Below are positions 23,498 to 35,899 of a stretch of 64,000 nucleotides of DNA, in pieces. The stretch spans positions 19,594,001 to 19,658,000 of the forward strand of contig NC_086118.1 of assembly GCF_963921235.1 (NCBI RefSeq), read 5' to 3'. Numbering within the stretch: position 1 is the first letter of the stretch; the number at the start of each line of letters is the position of its first letter. The notes beneath the pieces were generated by a model. That model was not told the origin of the DNA. It saw only the letters and a program-made list of their open reading frames with translations, and ran no database searches. Source of the DNA: Mobula hypostoma (Eukaryota). Made by a program: the position numbers and the translations under genes.

Positions 23498-26460
23498 CAT
23501 AGAAAAATACAGCACATAAACAGGCTCTTCGACCTGTCTAGTCCGTGCCAAACTATTTAAACTGCTTACTCCCTTCCATCTGCACTTGGACCATATCCCT
23601 CTATACCCCTACAATCCATGTACTTTTCCAAGCTTCTCTTAAACATAGAAATCGAACTTGCATATACCACTTGAACTAGCAGCTCGTTCCACTCTCTCAC
23701 GATCCTCTGAGAGAAGAAGTCTTCCTCATGTTCCCCTTAAACTTTTCACCTTTCACCCTTAACCTATGACCTCTAGTTGTAGTCCCACCCAATCTCAGCG
23801 GAAAAAGCCTGTTTACATTTACCCTATCAATATCCCTCATAATTTTGTATAGCTTTATCAAATCTCCCCTCAGTCTTTCACGTTCCAGGGAATAATCTCC
23901 TAACCTATTAAATCTTTCCTTATAACTCATAACCTCCGGTTCCATCACATCCTTGTAACTTTTCTCTGTACATATTCAACCTTATTTACATCTTTCCTGT
24001 AGGTACAAGGCCAAAACTGCACACATACTTCAAAGTAGGGTTCACCAACTTCTTGTACAACTTCAACAACATCCCATCTCCTGTACTCAATACTTTGATT
24101 TATGAAGGCCAATGTGGCAAAAGTTTTCTTTATGACCCGATCTACCTATGCTGCTACTCTCAATGAATTATAGACCTGTATTCCCAGATCTCTTTCTTCT
24201 CCCACACTCCTCAGTGCCCTATTGTTCATTGAGAAAGATCTACCCTGGTTGGTCCTACTGAAGTGCAACACCTCACACTTGTCTACATTAAGTTCCATCT
24301 ATAGCTTTATAACCTATTTTTCCAGATGGTCCAGATCCCACTGCAAGCTCTGATAGTCCTCCTTGCTGTTCATTAGACCCCCAATCTTGGAGTCGTCCAC
24401 AAATTTTTTAGTCACATTATCATTCAGAACTTCGGAGTTCTTCCTTAAGTCTTCTCTTGCACTTCTTATACTCCATAAGTACCTCATGTGTTCCTACACC
24501 TACCTATACCTGCTATGCACCTCTTTTTTATTCTTAACCAGGGCCTCAATATCTCTTGAAAATCAATGTTCTCTAAACCTGTTATCTTTACCTTTTAATC
24601 TGACAATCCTATACAAGCTTTGTACTCTCAAACTTTCACTTAGGAAGGCCTCCCAGTTACCACGTAATACTTTTGCCAAAAAGCGGCCTGTCTCAATCTA
24701 CATTTGCCAGATCCTTTCTGATACCAACAAAATTGACCTTTCTTCAACTCAGAATCTCAACCTGAGGACCAGACCTATGACATTTTCCATGACTAGTAAC
24801 ACCACCTGTCGCCCATCAATCCCTCCTACTCTGTCACATATAAAACAGTGAAAGCCCAGAATATTGACATGTCAGTCCTGATCCTCCTGCATTCAAGTCT
24901 CACTAACAGCTACAATATTACTGTCACAACCACGGATTCGACTGCACAGGAGATACGGCAATTGCGCTTGTGAATTTGCATATGTTAGGTAATTATTATT
25001 TAATCGTGAAAGGATTTAACTACATTCTTGTCATCGTAGTGCTTGTCGAGACTTGGACAGAGCATAGCAAAACTTCGCTGCTGTTTTGTATTCAGCTTCC
25101 CTGAGCCATTGAACTTTCAAAATCAACTGACTCTGAAGACTAGCGGTATTCGTTTAATGTTTAGATATTCTCTTCGGCCACAGTTTAGGCTTCATTTCCC
25201 TTTTGAGAATTTTAGTTAATGGCCCTGTTTGGCCTAGCATTTATTGTTTTATGTTCCCTTTTTCGAATTAAAGTGTGTGAGCTATCGACCTGCTTCAGTG
25301 TCTCTCACTCCACACTTGGGCCATATCCGAACCGTGGTGACAATCATAATTCCATGCTATTTCTAAAATACCTCATGCATTGAAATAGATGCAGCGCAGG
25401 ACATTAGTTACACAAGTTTCTGATTCTTGAATTTGTCTGACGTCTTAACAACATCTGCCTCCACAACCCACAACCTTTCCACTATCTGTTCTAGCACTCT
25501 TGTTCCTTTCCCACACAACTCTAGCTTAAACCATCCCCTCCCACCGTGCAACACTAGCAAACCTTCCCCTCGGATAATAGTTCAGGTTCAAATTGTCTTT
25601 TCATACAGATCCTTCCTTCCCTGAAGAGAGCCCATGATCCAAAAATCCGATGCCTTCCCTTCTACACCAAGTGTATGACTTCTTATTTCTGGGATCACTA
25701 GCACATGGCATGAGTAGCAATTGTGAAATCACAACCGTTGAGGTCCTGACCTTTAACTTAGCACCTAACTCCCTGAACTCACTTTGCAGAACCTCATCAC
25801 AATTCCTACCTATGTCATTGGTACCTACATGGCCCACGACCTCTGACTGCTCACCCTCCAGCTTATGAATGCTGAGAACTCGATCCAATGAAATCCCAGA
25901 CCCTCGCACCCGGGAGGGTCTGGTTCTGGTACTCCTTTTTGTTCCCTAAACTAATGAATCCCCTATCACCACAGCTTGCCTCCTCCCCCTTCCCTTCTGA
26001 GCCACAGAGCTGGTCTCAGTGCCAGAGACCTGGCTTTCTTCTGCAAGGTCAGGTCATCTCTTCCAACAGTATCCCAAGTGATATACCTGTTGTTGAGGGA
26101 GATGGTCACAGGGGTACTCTGCACATTTCTCCTTCCTGACCGTCATCCAGTTTCCTGTGTGCTGTACCTTGGATGTAACTAACTCTCTATATGTCCTATC
26201 TATCAGCACCTCAGCCTCCCGAATGATCTGGAGTTCATCCGCTCCTTAAAAAATGCATCTCCTTAGAAGATGCAGCTGGATGCACTTCTTACAGGTGTGG
26301 TTGTCAGAGACACTAGAGGTTTCCCTGCCTTCCTACATCAGCAAGAGGAGCATTCAACTATCCTCCCTGGTATCGCCTACTGTTCTAACTCTGCAAATAT
26401 ATCGGAGGGGGAAAAATCTACCTACAGCTTTTACGCCTTCTCTCATTCAAGCCTATCCTC
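23498..26460 (-). mobile_element. Internally deleted CR1 LINE retaining ORF1 (zinc-knuckle and SGNH-esterase remnants) and 3' end
   Basis: ORF 23697-23948: SYKERFNRLG..RLRGDLIKLYKIMR. ORF 25601-25909: VVGHVGTNDIGR..FRELGAKLK. NHTCKKCIQL near 26270-26305. Confidence 0.85.
24922..25342 (+). mobile_element. Solo LTR (421 bp) inserted in CR1
   Basis: TGTCACAACCACGG...CCGTGGTGACA inverted termini. ATTAAA is followed by CTTCAGTGTCT...CACTTGGG, similar to the 3' end of the LTR at 340-1453. Confidence 0.8.
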
Positions 26461-27169
26461 ACTGAAGCCCCAAAGAGTCAAAAGGCTCAAATAACCACTC
26501 TAACACTGTCCATCCCACAATGGCTGCTCCAACAATAGTCGCTCCACTTGCTTCGGCCATATTTGAATTTGTTCTTGCCAATCAATGCAGATCACTGATT
26601 TGTTGCTGTTCAAACACCAAACTACTGTGAATCTTTGCCTTATGTACTCAGTCGTCAAACCTGAGTGAGCTGTTTGGGTGGCATGCAAAGCAAAATTTTT
26701 CACTAAACCTCAGTAAATGTGACAATAATAAACCAATTACCAAATATCATTCCTAATTTGTCATGATAGTTGTTAAAATTCACTGTGACCACTTAATTCT
26801 GATTTGTGGCATCAATGCTGAGGACTTTAGGTATTTAATTGGTTCTAAGAAGTTGGGCAATGGATATATTTCTCTGCCAAATCTCCCTTGCCACCATATT
26901 GGAACAGTGTAAACAACAATATTGCAAAAACATGCAAGATGCATGGAGAGCAATTGGACCAGTTGTCAATCACCATACAGTGTTACCATTGTCAAACTGA
27001 GCGCTATCTTCACGCAGCTGAACATGCATTCAGTGGGACGAAAAACATACATGCACTATTTAAAGAGTTAATACATTACAAAATATTTAATGTTTCCTTT
27101 TTCTTACTGTAATTCAGCAATGTTTTTATACCCTCCAAAATCCATTAAGCAATTCAGTTACTTCAATGG

Positions 27170-28260
27170 CTTTGTGAGGGGCAGGTCTGAGTTAGTTCTT
27201 CAAGGATGTGACAAAGTTCACTGATGAAGAGAGAGCGGTGGATGTAGTGTATATGGAATGTATTTTGGTTTGAGATTGGTGACCAGTGGTGTTCCAAGGG
27301 GATTTGTTCTAGGATCCCTGCTCCTTGCGATTTTTATAACTGACGAAGAAGGAAGTGGGTGGAACTGCAAATGACAGCAAGGCTGATGAAGTTGTGGATA
27401 GTGCAGAAGTTTGTTCAAAGTTACAACAGGATAGCAAAAGAATGCAGAGCTGGGCTGAGAAGTTACAGATGGAGTTCGACCCAGAGGATCATGACGTAAT
27501 TCATTTTGTATGGTTGAATTTGAAGATAGAATACAGGGTAAATGCATACTTCTTGGCAGTGTGAAAGTACAGAGCGATCTTTGGGCTCATGTCCAGAGGT
27601 CCCTCAAAGTTGCTGCACAACTTAATCAGGTGATTAGGAAGGCATATGATGTGTTGCCCTTCATTAGTCTGGCGGCTGAGTTCAAGAGCCAAGAGGTAAT
27701 GATGCAGCCCTATAAAACCCTGGTTAGAGCATACTTGGAATATTGTGCTTAGTCCTGTTCACCTCAGAGGAAAACTGTAAAAGCTTTAGAGAGGATGCAG
27801 AGGATATTTAGCAGGATATTTCCTGGATCCGAGAGCAGGTTTTATCAAAATAGACTGAGAAAGCTGGGGCTTTTCTCTTTGGAGCGAAGGAGGATGAGAG
27901 GTAACTTGATAAAGGTGTACAAAAGGGGGCATAGATCGAATGGATAGTCAGGGACTTTTTCCCAGGGTGGAAATAGATAATACAAGGAGGTATAATTTTA
28001 AGGTGACTAGAGGAAAGTATAGAGGTTTGGGATGTTCTTTACACAGAGAGTGGTGAGTGCTTAGAATGCCTTGCTAGAATTGATGGCAGTGGTAGATACC
28101 TTAGAGGCATTTAAGAAACTCTTAGATAGACACATGGATAATCGTAAAATGGAGGGCTACGTAGGAGTAAAGAGTTAGATTGATTTTATAGTCGGTTAAA
28201 AGTCAGCATAACTCTGTGTGCAAAAGGACCTGTACTGTGATGTGGTGTTGCATGTTTAAT
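27170..28260 (+). mobile_element. Degenerate CR1 3' fragment
   Basis: SGVPRG, MQSWAEKLQMEF and YKTLVRAYLEYC motifs with frameshifts. Confidence 0.85.
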
Positions 28261-28327
28261 CTGAGCAACGATCTATGAGTGTGTCATCCAATGTTCAGCA
28301 ATTGCAAACTCAGGAACAGCAGTTATA

Positions 28328-30484
28328 ATGGGTGACTTCAATCTACATGTAGATTGGGTGAACCAAATTGGTAAAGGTGCTGAGGAAGAGGATTTCTTGG
28401 AATGTATGCAGGATGGTTTTTTGAACCAACATGTCGAGAAACCATCTAGAGAGCAGGCTATTCTGGACTGGGTTTTGAGCAATGAGGAAGGGTTAATTAG
28501 CAATCTTGTCGTGAGAGGCCCCTTGGGTAAGAGTGATCATAATATGGTGGAATTCTTCATTAAGATGGAGAGTGACATAGTTAATTCAGAAACAAAGGTT
28601 CTGAACTTAAAGAGGGGTAACTTTGAAGGTATGAGACGTGAATTAGCTAAGATAGACTGGCAAATGACACTTAAAGGATTGATGGTGGATATGCAATGGC
28701 AAGCATTTAAAGGTTGCATGGATGAACTACAACAATTGTTCATCCCAGTTTGGCAAAAGAATAAATCAAGGAAGGTAGTGCACCCATGGCTGACAAGGGA
28801 AATTAGGGATAGTATCAATTCCAAAGAAGAAGCATACAAATTAGTCAGAGAAAGTGGCTCACCTGAGGACTGGGAGAAATTCAGAGTTCAGCAGAGGAGG
28901 ACAAAGGGCTTAATTAGGAAGGGGAAAAAATATTATGAGAGAAAACTGGCAGGGAACATAAAAACTGACTGTAAAAGCTTTTATAGATATGTAAAAAGGA
29001 AAAGACTGGTAAAGACAAATGTAGGTCCCCTACAGACAGAAACAGGTGAATTGATTATGGGGAGCAAGGACATGGCAGACCAATTGAATAATTACTTTGG
29101 TTCTGTCTTCACTAAGGAGGACATAAATAATCTTCCAGAAATAGTAAGGGACAGAGGGTCCAGTGAGATGGAGGAACTGAGCGAAATACATGTTAGTAGG
29201 GAAGTGGTATTAGGTAAATTGAAGGGATTGAAGGCAGATAAATCCCCAGGGTCAGATGGTCTGCATCCTAGAGTGCTTAAGGAAGTAGCCCAAGAAATAG
29301 TGGATGCATTAGTGATAATTTTTCAAAACTCATTAGATTCTGGACTAGTTCCTGAGGATTGGAGGGTGGCTAATGTAACCCCACTTTTTAAAAAAGGAGG
29401 GAGAGAGAAACTGGGGAATTATAGACCGGTTAGCCTAACGTCGGTGGTGGGGAAACTGCTGGAGTCAGTTATCAAAGATGTGATAACAGCATATTTGGAA
29501 AGCGGTGAAATCATCGGACAAAGTCAGCATGGATTTGTGAAAGGAAAATCATGTCTGACGAATCTCATAGAATTTTTTGAGGATGCAACTAGTAGAGTGG
29601 ATAGGAGAGAACCAGTGGATGTGGTATATTTGGATTTTGAAAAGGCTTTTGACAAGGTCCCACACAGGAGATTAGTGTGCAAACTTAAAGCACACGGTAT
29701 TGGGGGTAAGGTATTGATGTGGATGGAGAATTGGTTAGCAGACAGGAAGCAAAGAGTGGGAATAAACGGGACCTTTTCAGAATGGCAGGCAGTGACTAGT
29801 GGGGTACCGCAAGGCTCAGTGCTGGGACCCCAATTGTTTACAATATATATTAATGACTTGGATGAGGGAATTAAATGCAGCATCTCTAAGTTTGCGGATG
29901 ACACGAAGCTGGGTGGCAGTGTTAGCTGTGAGGAGGATGCTAAGAGGATGCAGAGTGACTTGGGTAGGTTGGGTGAGTGGGCAAATTCATGGCAGATGGA
30001 ATTTAATGTGGATAAATGTGAAGTTATCCACTTTGGTGGCAAAAATAGGAAAGCAGATTATTATCTGAATGGTGGCCGATTAGGAAAAGGGGAGGTGCAA
30101 CGAGACCTGGGTGTCATTATACACCAGTCATTGAAAGTGGGCATGCAGGTACAGCAGGCGGTGAAAAAGGCGAATGGTATGCTGGCATTTATAGCAAGAG
30201 GATTCAAGTACAGGAGCAGGGAGGTACTACTGCAGTTGTACAAGGCCTTGGTGAGACCACACTTGGAGTACTGTGTGCAGTTTTGGTCCCCTAATCTGAG
30301 GAAAGACATCCTTGCCATAGAGGGAGTACAAAGAAGGTTCACCAGATTGATTCCTGGGATGGCAGGACTTTCATATGAAGAAAGACTGGATGAACTGGGC
30401 TTGTACTCGTTGGAATTTAGAAGATTGAGGGGGGATCTGATTGAAACATATAAAATCCTAAAGGGCTTGGCATGGTCTAGGTAG
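28328..30484 (+). mobile_element. Young CR1 LINE with uninterrupted 718-aa partial ORF2 (EN C-terminus + RT)
   Basis: MGDFN, LGKSDHN, KSPGSDG, NYRPVSLTS, QHGF, YLDFEKAFDKV, SGVPQGSVLGP, KFADDTK, YKALVRPHLEYC. 5'-truncated; the native 3' end is missing. Confidence 0.95.
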
Positions 30485-31873
30485 ATCAAAGGACCTGTTT
30501 TTGTGCTACAGTACTCCATGACTCTATAGTTGCTATAAAAAGAGAACTGGCTACTTTCTGTTCCTTCTTGCCAGAGACAAATAGATAAGGTTAATATGTA
30601 GCTTTTGGGGATTGCAAGGTGAGACTAAATATTGAAGAACAATTTGATAGATTACAAAGTCACATTCTTAACCATGATGGCAGGAGTTTGCGCTTAGAAC
30701 GTAAATGTGTCTCAAATATGTCTGAACTTCCACTGCAAAACCAGGATGCTTTTGACGTCTGTCTGTGGTATAATGACAGCTGAAACTTCAGTGTCAGATG
30801 CTGGGTTATGCTGTCAATGGACATGTTCACTACTTCTGAGCTGTTAAGTTTGAATTCCTTGGCTTATGGAAAGTTATGTCCAAGCTTTGAATTCGATGCA
30901 GACTTTTGGACACTATTCTAATGCACCAGACATTTTACTTTGTATTCCCTTCTGATTTCTTCCATCATTTGCCAAGCTGTTCTCATTTAAGCCCTCCTGC
31001 AGCAGAACTCATGTACAACCTTGCCCATTAGGGGAAGAATACTTTCTGCATTTTCTTTCTCCACCTTGTGTGAAGTCTTGTGTGGTTATTTTCTCACCAG
31101 ATGCAGATCCCACCTTGGCCAAATTGCACATAACAATGGCGCTGGTGGCTGATGGGGTTAATGATGTTTCAGTGATATTTATAACTTTCTTCTATTCACA
31201 TTCATCCACCATTATCTGGTCAGTGGTAGTTCTTGGCTGTATGAATGGAAAAAGGCTGTAGGGTCGTTTTATGGTGTGGAGTTACAGTAAGGAGGCAGAG
31301 GTTCATTATTGTGCCAATCATGCACTTTCTAGGGCCCGAGAGGCTTATCGATAAACTTAGCTTTCTGGGACATCTGCATGACCTTTCTAAAGAGTCAGGG
31401 TTGTTGGTGTAAACTTTTAACAAATATTCTTTGCTCAGCTTTTTATTGTAAACAAAAGCCAGAGACCAGTTCTTAACGTAAATAGTATGCAGCAATCATT
31501 CTTAAGTTGGAGACTCAGCTTTGCAAAGTAATTTGACTGCATAGTCAAACACGAGGCAATGAGGTTATGCCCCATAGTTACAAGTTGGGTTTGTGTGTAC
31601 TCAGAGGGTCAGCCCTCACAGTATTATTCTTGTGTGTTTGGGATCTTTGTTGCCAGAAACTTTTGAGACTATCTATGTGAGTTACTTTGTCCTGGCAAAG
31701 GTATCTGGAAAACATCACATGCAGATAATGTAATTTAGTAGAAAATAGTATAACTATCAGCAGCATTATAAATTATTAGGAATGTCAAGGAGAACTGCAG
31801 AAAGATGGAATTACAGAAAGAACTAGAATTTATTCCTCAACCTTCGGATTCTGTTACAGACAACTCATTGAAC

Positions 31874-32973
31874 AGCAAATCCTTGGTACCTTCTCCTAGT
31901 TCATAATTGTACCTGTGTTTGGAAACCCTTTGTGGTTTGTAAATGTTTTGTAATTCAGAAACCTTATAAATTAGAGATCCCCGTGGGTGTTTGTGACGAG
32001 AATACACATAAAATTAAGATGTTTGCTGGCCTGGGTTAGCATCAGTGACATCAGCAAGTGGTCTGCCACCTGCCCTCAGGGGAAGGAGAGATAAGGAACA
32101 ATAGAGCAGCGTCTGGAGATGTGTAATGAAGGGACGGGGGAGAGAGAGCTGTCTGGAGCGGCTCCCCCCTTTGAACCTTGAACTGTTTGAAGTGATGGAC
32201 AGGCGATACCCCAGTAGGGGGATAAAAAGGGACAGGTTCGCTAAGGCAGCAGACACACGCCACCCGAGGTAACGAGACCCTGGAAGCGGTACGCTTCTCA
32301 CGAGTCGGTGGGAAGTACCAGACAACGGCCAGGGTGGAAAGGTACGATCAGCGGGAACCCGGTGCATGTCCGCCCTTGCCTGGGTGCTGGGTTCACTGCA
32401 GGGGATCGACCGCATCTGGAGGAGGGGTCACAGTTGGTGACCTCAGGTGACATCACCAAGGACCCGCCCAAAAGCTGCTTGTGAGCCATCTCGCCGGTCT
32501 GTGAGTGAAGCCGTGCTGAATGATCAGTCGTTCTCGTTCTCTCTCTCTCTTCCCCCACGTTGTCCATCGCCATGGCAACGATTACTGCGAACTGAACTAC
32601 TAAACTGGACTGAACTTTGAGTCACTTTGAAATTTGGTCATTTGCCCCTAGACAACGATAGAGCTTGATTGATGCTGTTATCTTAATTCTGTGCACATGT
32701 GTGTTTATCATCGCTGAACTGTTGCATTTATTATCCTTTCGATTACTGTGTTGCTTGTTTCTTTAATAAAACTTTCTTAGTTCTAGTACTCCAGACTCCA
32801 ACTGAGTGATCCATTTCTGCTGGTTTGGCAACCCAGTTACGGGGTACGTAACATAAGCAAATCCTTGGTACGTTCTCCTAGTTCATAATTGTACCTGTGT
32901 TTGGAAACCCTTTGTGGTTTGTAAATGTTTTGTAATTCAGAAACCTTATAAATTAGAGATCCCCGTGGGTGTT
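31874..32973. repeat. 118-bp direct duplication flanking the solo LTR
   Basis: 31874-31991 and 32856-32973 are identical apart from about one substitution. Confidence 0.92.
31992..32853 (+). mobile_element. Solo LTR (862 bp)
   Basis: TGTGAC...GTAACA termini, GATAAAA TATA-like box at about 32221, AATAAA at about 32765. Same family as 18687-19521. Confidence 0.9.
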
Positions 32974-34599
32974 AAACATGTGTTAAGAATTATTTGTCTG
33001 TATTTAAGTATTTACCATTTTAAAAAAATAATGGTTTAAACTACTTTGTCAGCTGGAAGTATCTCCTCCTTGGTAGGGAGGGTGGACCCATGACTTAAGC
33101 AGTAGGTATTGTCAGCTAAACATTGCTGCAAAGGCTAGAGAAAGGAGTAAGCTACCCCTTGTAGAGTAGGTGGATCCAGAACAGTGCAACCTCCCTATAG
33201 TGAGGTAAATATCTACGTAGATCAGATAGGGCTTAAAATCTTCTTTTGCATTTAGGGCTTTGCATACAGGGGACCCAATACCATCACATATGCAGCTTAT
33301 GGGTCAGAGAGTTACTGGGATTTGAAGGGAAGTGGTACGAGGGGAGATGTGAAAATGTCTTCAATGATTTTCATCCCTCAATTAGTCACAACTTCAGTAA
33401 AGAATACTTCAATTTGCAAAGAAAGTATGCCAGCGTAGCCAAACCATAGCTTTCAAAGCCTGTGGTTATACACCACCCTTTCCAATGAATGAATGCTGAG
33501 TAATGTATTTAAATGTTGTGACCATAAGCTTACAAACCTTGAGAAGTGGGGATAATGGTTAGAACAGGGCAAACTAATTGTGAGTGCAGTGAAACATTTG
33601 AATTCCAATTGGTACAAGTTATTGAGGGTGAGAGAGAAGGGTTGTAACAACACAATCATTTCTGAAGCCCCTGATGCATGGTATTTGAGGATGTATTCAT
33701 TGACCTAGTTCAGGGCCAGGGAAGCATTAAACTGCAGTGCTACTGAAATAAGTTCTCAGTGATCCAACTTTGTCAATTGTCTCATTCACCTGCTTTCCAA
33801 GTGTGAATCAAAAGGGCCCACAGTCCACCTACACCTACCCTTGCCACAATGCAACATTGCTTCTTCTCAATTCCTCTGCACTGCCTCGAGTTCAGCATAG
33901 CAATCCATAGAGCTCACTCTCTCCCATATCCTGACCTAGAATGCCTCTTGCTTCATCTTAATTTCTAGATCACCAGTCCCCACATGCTGCACTGTTACAT
34001 TGTCATCTTCAGTTGTAGAGACTAGCCTTAACAACTGTGACCCACTCACTGGGGCAAAGTGTGAATGACCAGTATGGTTTGCACAGGCGGCGTAAACTGG
34101 GTGTGATGGTTACATCGAGCATTGTACTCCTTGTGTAAGTTTTCAGTGGCTGTCCAATTTAGCCATGATTGTGCACTGAAGCATGTCAAAGTACCTCTGA
34201 GTTTTCAAAGAAGACAAAATCAGAAACATTTTTTTTGAGTTCTGAAGGTTAACATGGAAAAATTCCACAAGGACAAAACAACTTCTCAAATGGCATTGTT
34301 CAACTCCAATTCTGCAGTTAAAATTTCTACACCTTGGATAACATTGTGTTAATGTTCTGTCAACATTTGATTTTATGTATCGACATATATCAAGTTTGTT
34401 TACATTCTTGTTCACACCCAAATACATATTCATTTCCCTGGTTCACAATGCACTGACAGCTTTCTACATCAATGGGGGGGAAAAAAACTTGGCAATCAGC
34501 AGGAACTGCGACTTTAGTCTCCCACAGCTTCAGATCAAAATGCAGTGCATGACTCAACATGTCAGAAATACTTTGGAGGAAACCTTGATTAGGTTATTG

Positions 34600-35899
34600 A
34601 TGGGAGGATGGATGAAAAGATGGCAGTTTAGTAATGGCTAGCATCTTGCAGCTGTCCCTGAAATGACAGACAGTAAATAAACTATACAAGCAATTCATGC
34701 ATCTGGCATCCCCACAAAGATCTCCAATTTCAGTTTAGAAAGGAATATAACTGGCAGTTTGTTGGCATCTTTTCCAATATCTTGGTAATACGCTTAAAGG
34801 AATTAAAGTCTGAAAACTGCATGAATCACCCATAACGTTATGGCTTGTACTTCGGTCCATAATAAGTGTATATTTTCTTTCAAACAACTGAAAGATACAA
34901 AAAGCCATGCAACCTTAAAAGGACCTGAGACAGTTCTTGCCTTGTATACCTGTCCTACCTCTCAGGTACAGTCGTGCCCGTGATTCTATTACACTTGTGG
35001 TGCAAATTTTCGATAAGGAATAAATGAAACCATGCACCATACCTATCTGTATATAAACAGTTGTATCATCAGTGTTCCTGCTGTCACTTTGCAGACTGTC
35101 TAGCCTGTGATGCAAAGCAAATGACAAAGTTGAGCATTTTAAGTTATACCCAGGAGGCCCAGCAATATGTCAAAACTGTCTCAGATTTCACTACTTAGAA
35201 ATGAGCTTACTGATGCAACTGTTGAAGTGTTGAATTATTCCTGGGAACTAAAATTCCCCAGTGTCTTTCTCTGCAGCAATCTTCACTTACTCTCACCAGT
35301 CCCGTAAGTCTGATCCTCTCAAGTGCTGCAGCCTGTACTGGCCTGAAGGGGTTTTATCATCTACACAATGAACAAAAGCAATTGGAAGATGTTTTAATTA
35401 CTCCCATTGTTTAGATGTAAACTTCAGAACCAGATTTTTTTTTATTTACCTAAGATACAAATTGCCGGTGGGTGTTTTATAACGTTTCTTCTTTTGCCAG
35501 TGTTCTTCCACTTCACTCATCATTCTTCCTGAGTTCTAACTCGACAGGATTCAGTGCTTGAATGTGACCTTTCGGAGTGATAAACTTTGATCTACACGTT
35601 CAAAAAAGAATCTCAGATGAACAGACTCTGAATCAGAAACTTTGGCCAACATTTTCCCATGGTTAATTATTCTAAAATTAAAAGTAAAAGCAGGGTAAGG
35701 CAAAAGGTGGGGAAGGTGGGTTGCATTAACTCATTTAATTCATTTATAGCATTACTGAGAGCATAGCTCCCAGATTTGCAAGGGAGCAAATGAGCGGTTA
35801 CCTGATCATTGTAAATTGTCTCGTGATTTGGCCAGATCTAAAGTGGGGTTGCTGGGCAGTGCAGCTCAAACGGCCAGAATGTCTTGTTCCATGGTGCAT
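34600..35899 (-). other. Candidate spliced transcript (lncRNA or decayed gene): exon-like segments 35899-35802, 35591-35450, 35360-35291, 35104-35043 and one starting at 34657
   Basis: Minus-strand pyrimidine-tract/AG acceptors alternate with GTAACC, GTAAAT, GTAAGT and GTATGG donors in non-repetitive DNA. No continuous ORF. Confidence 0.4.

Noticed and set aside
28328..30484. Host or domesticated reverse transcriptase gene
   Set aside because: It is a truncated CR1 ORF2 with a near-identical disrupted sister copy in the window. The open frame reflects youth.
28537..30519. Antisense ORFs of 99-172 aa (also at 47-50 kb and 58-59 kb)
   Set aside because: These are shadow frames of CR1 ORF2 that recur in each copy.
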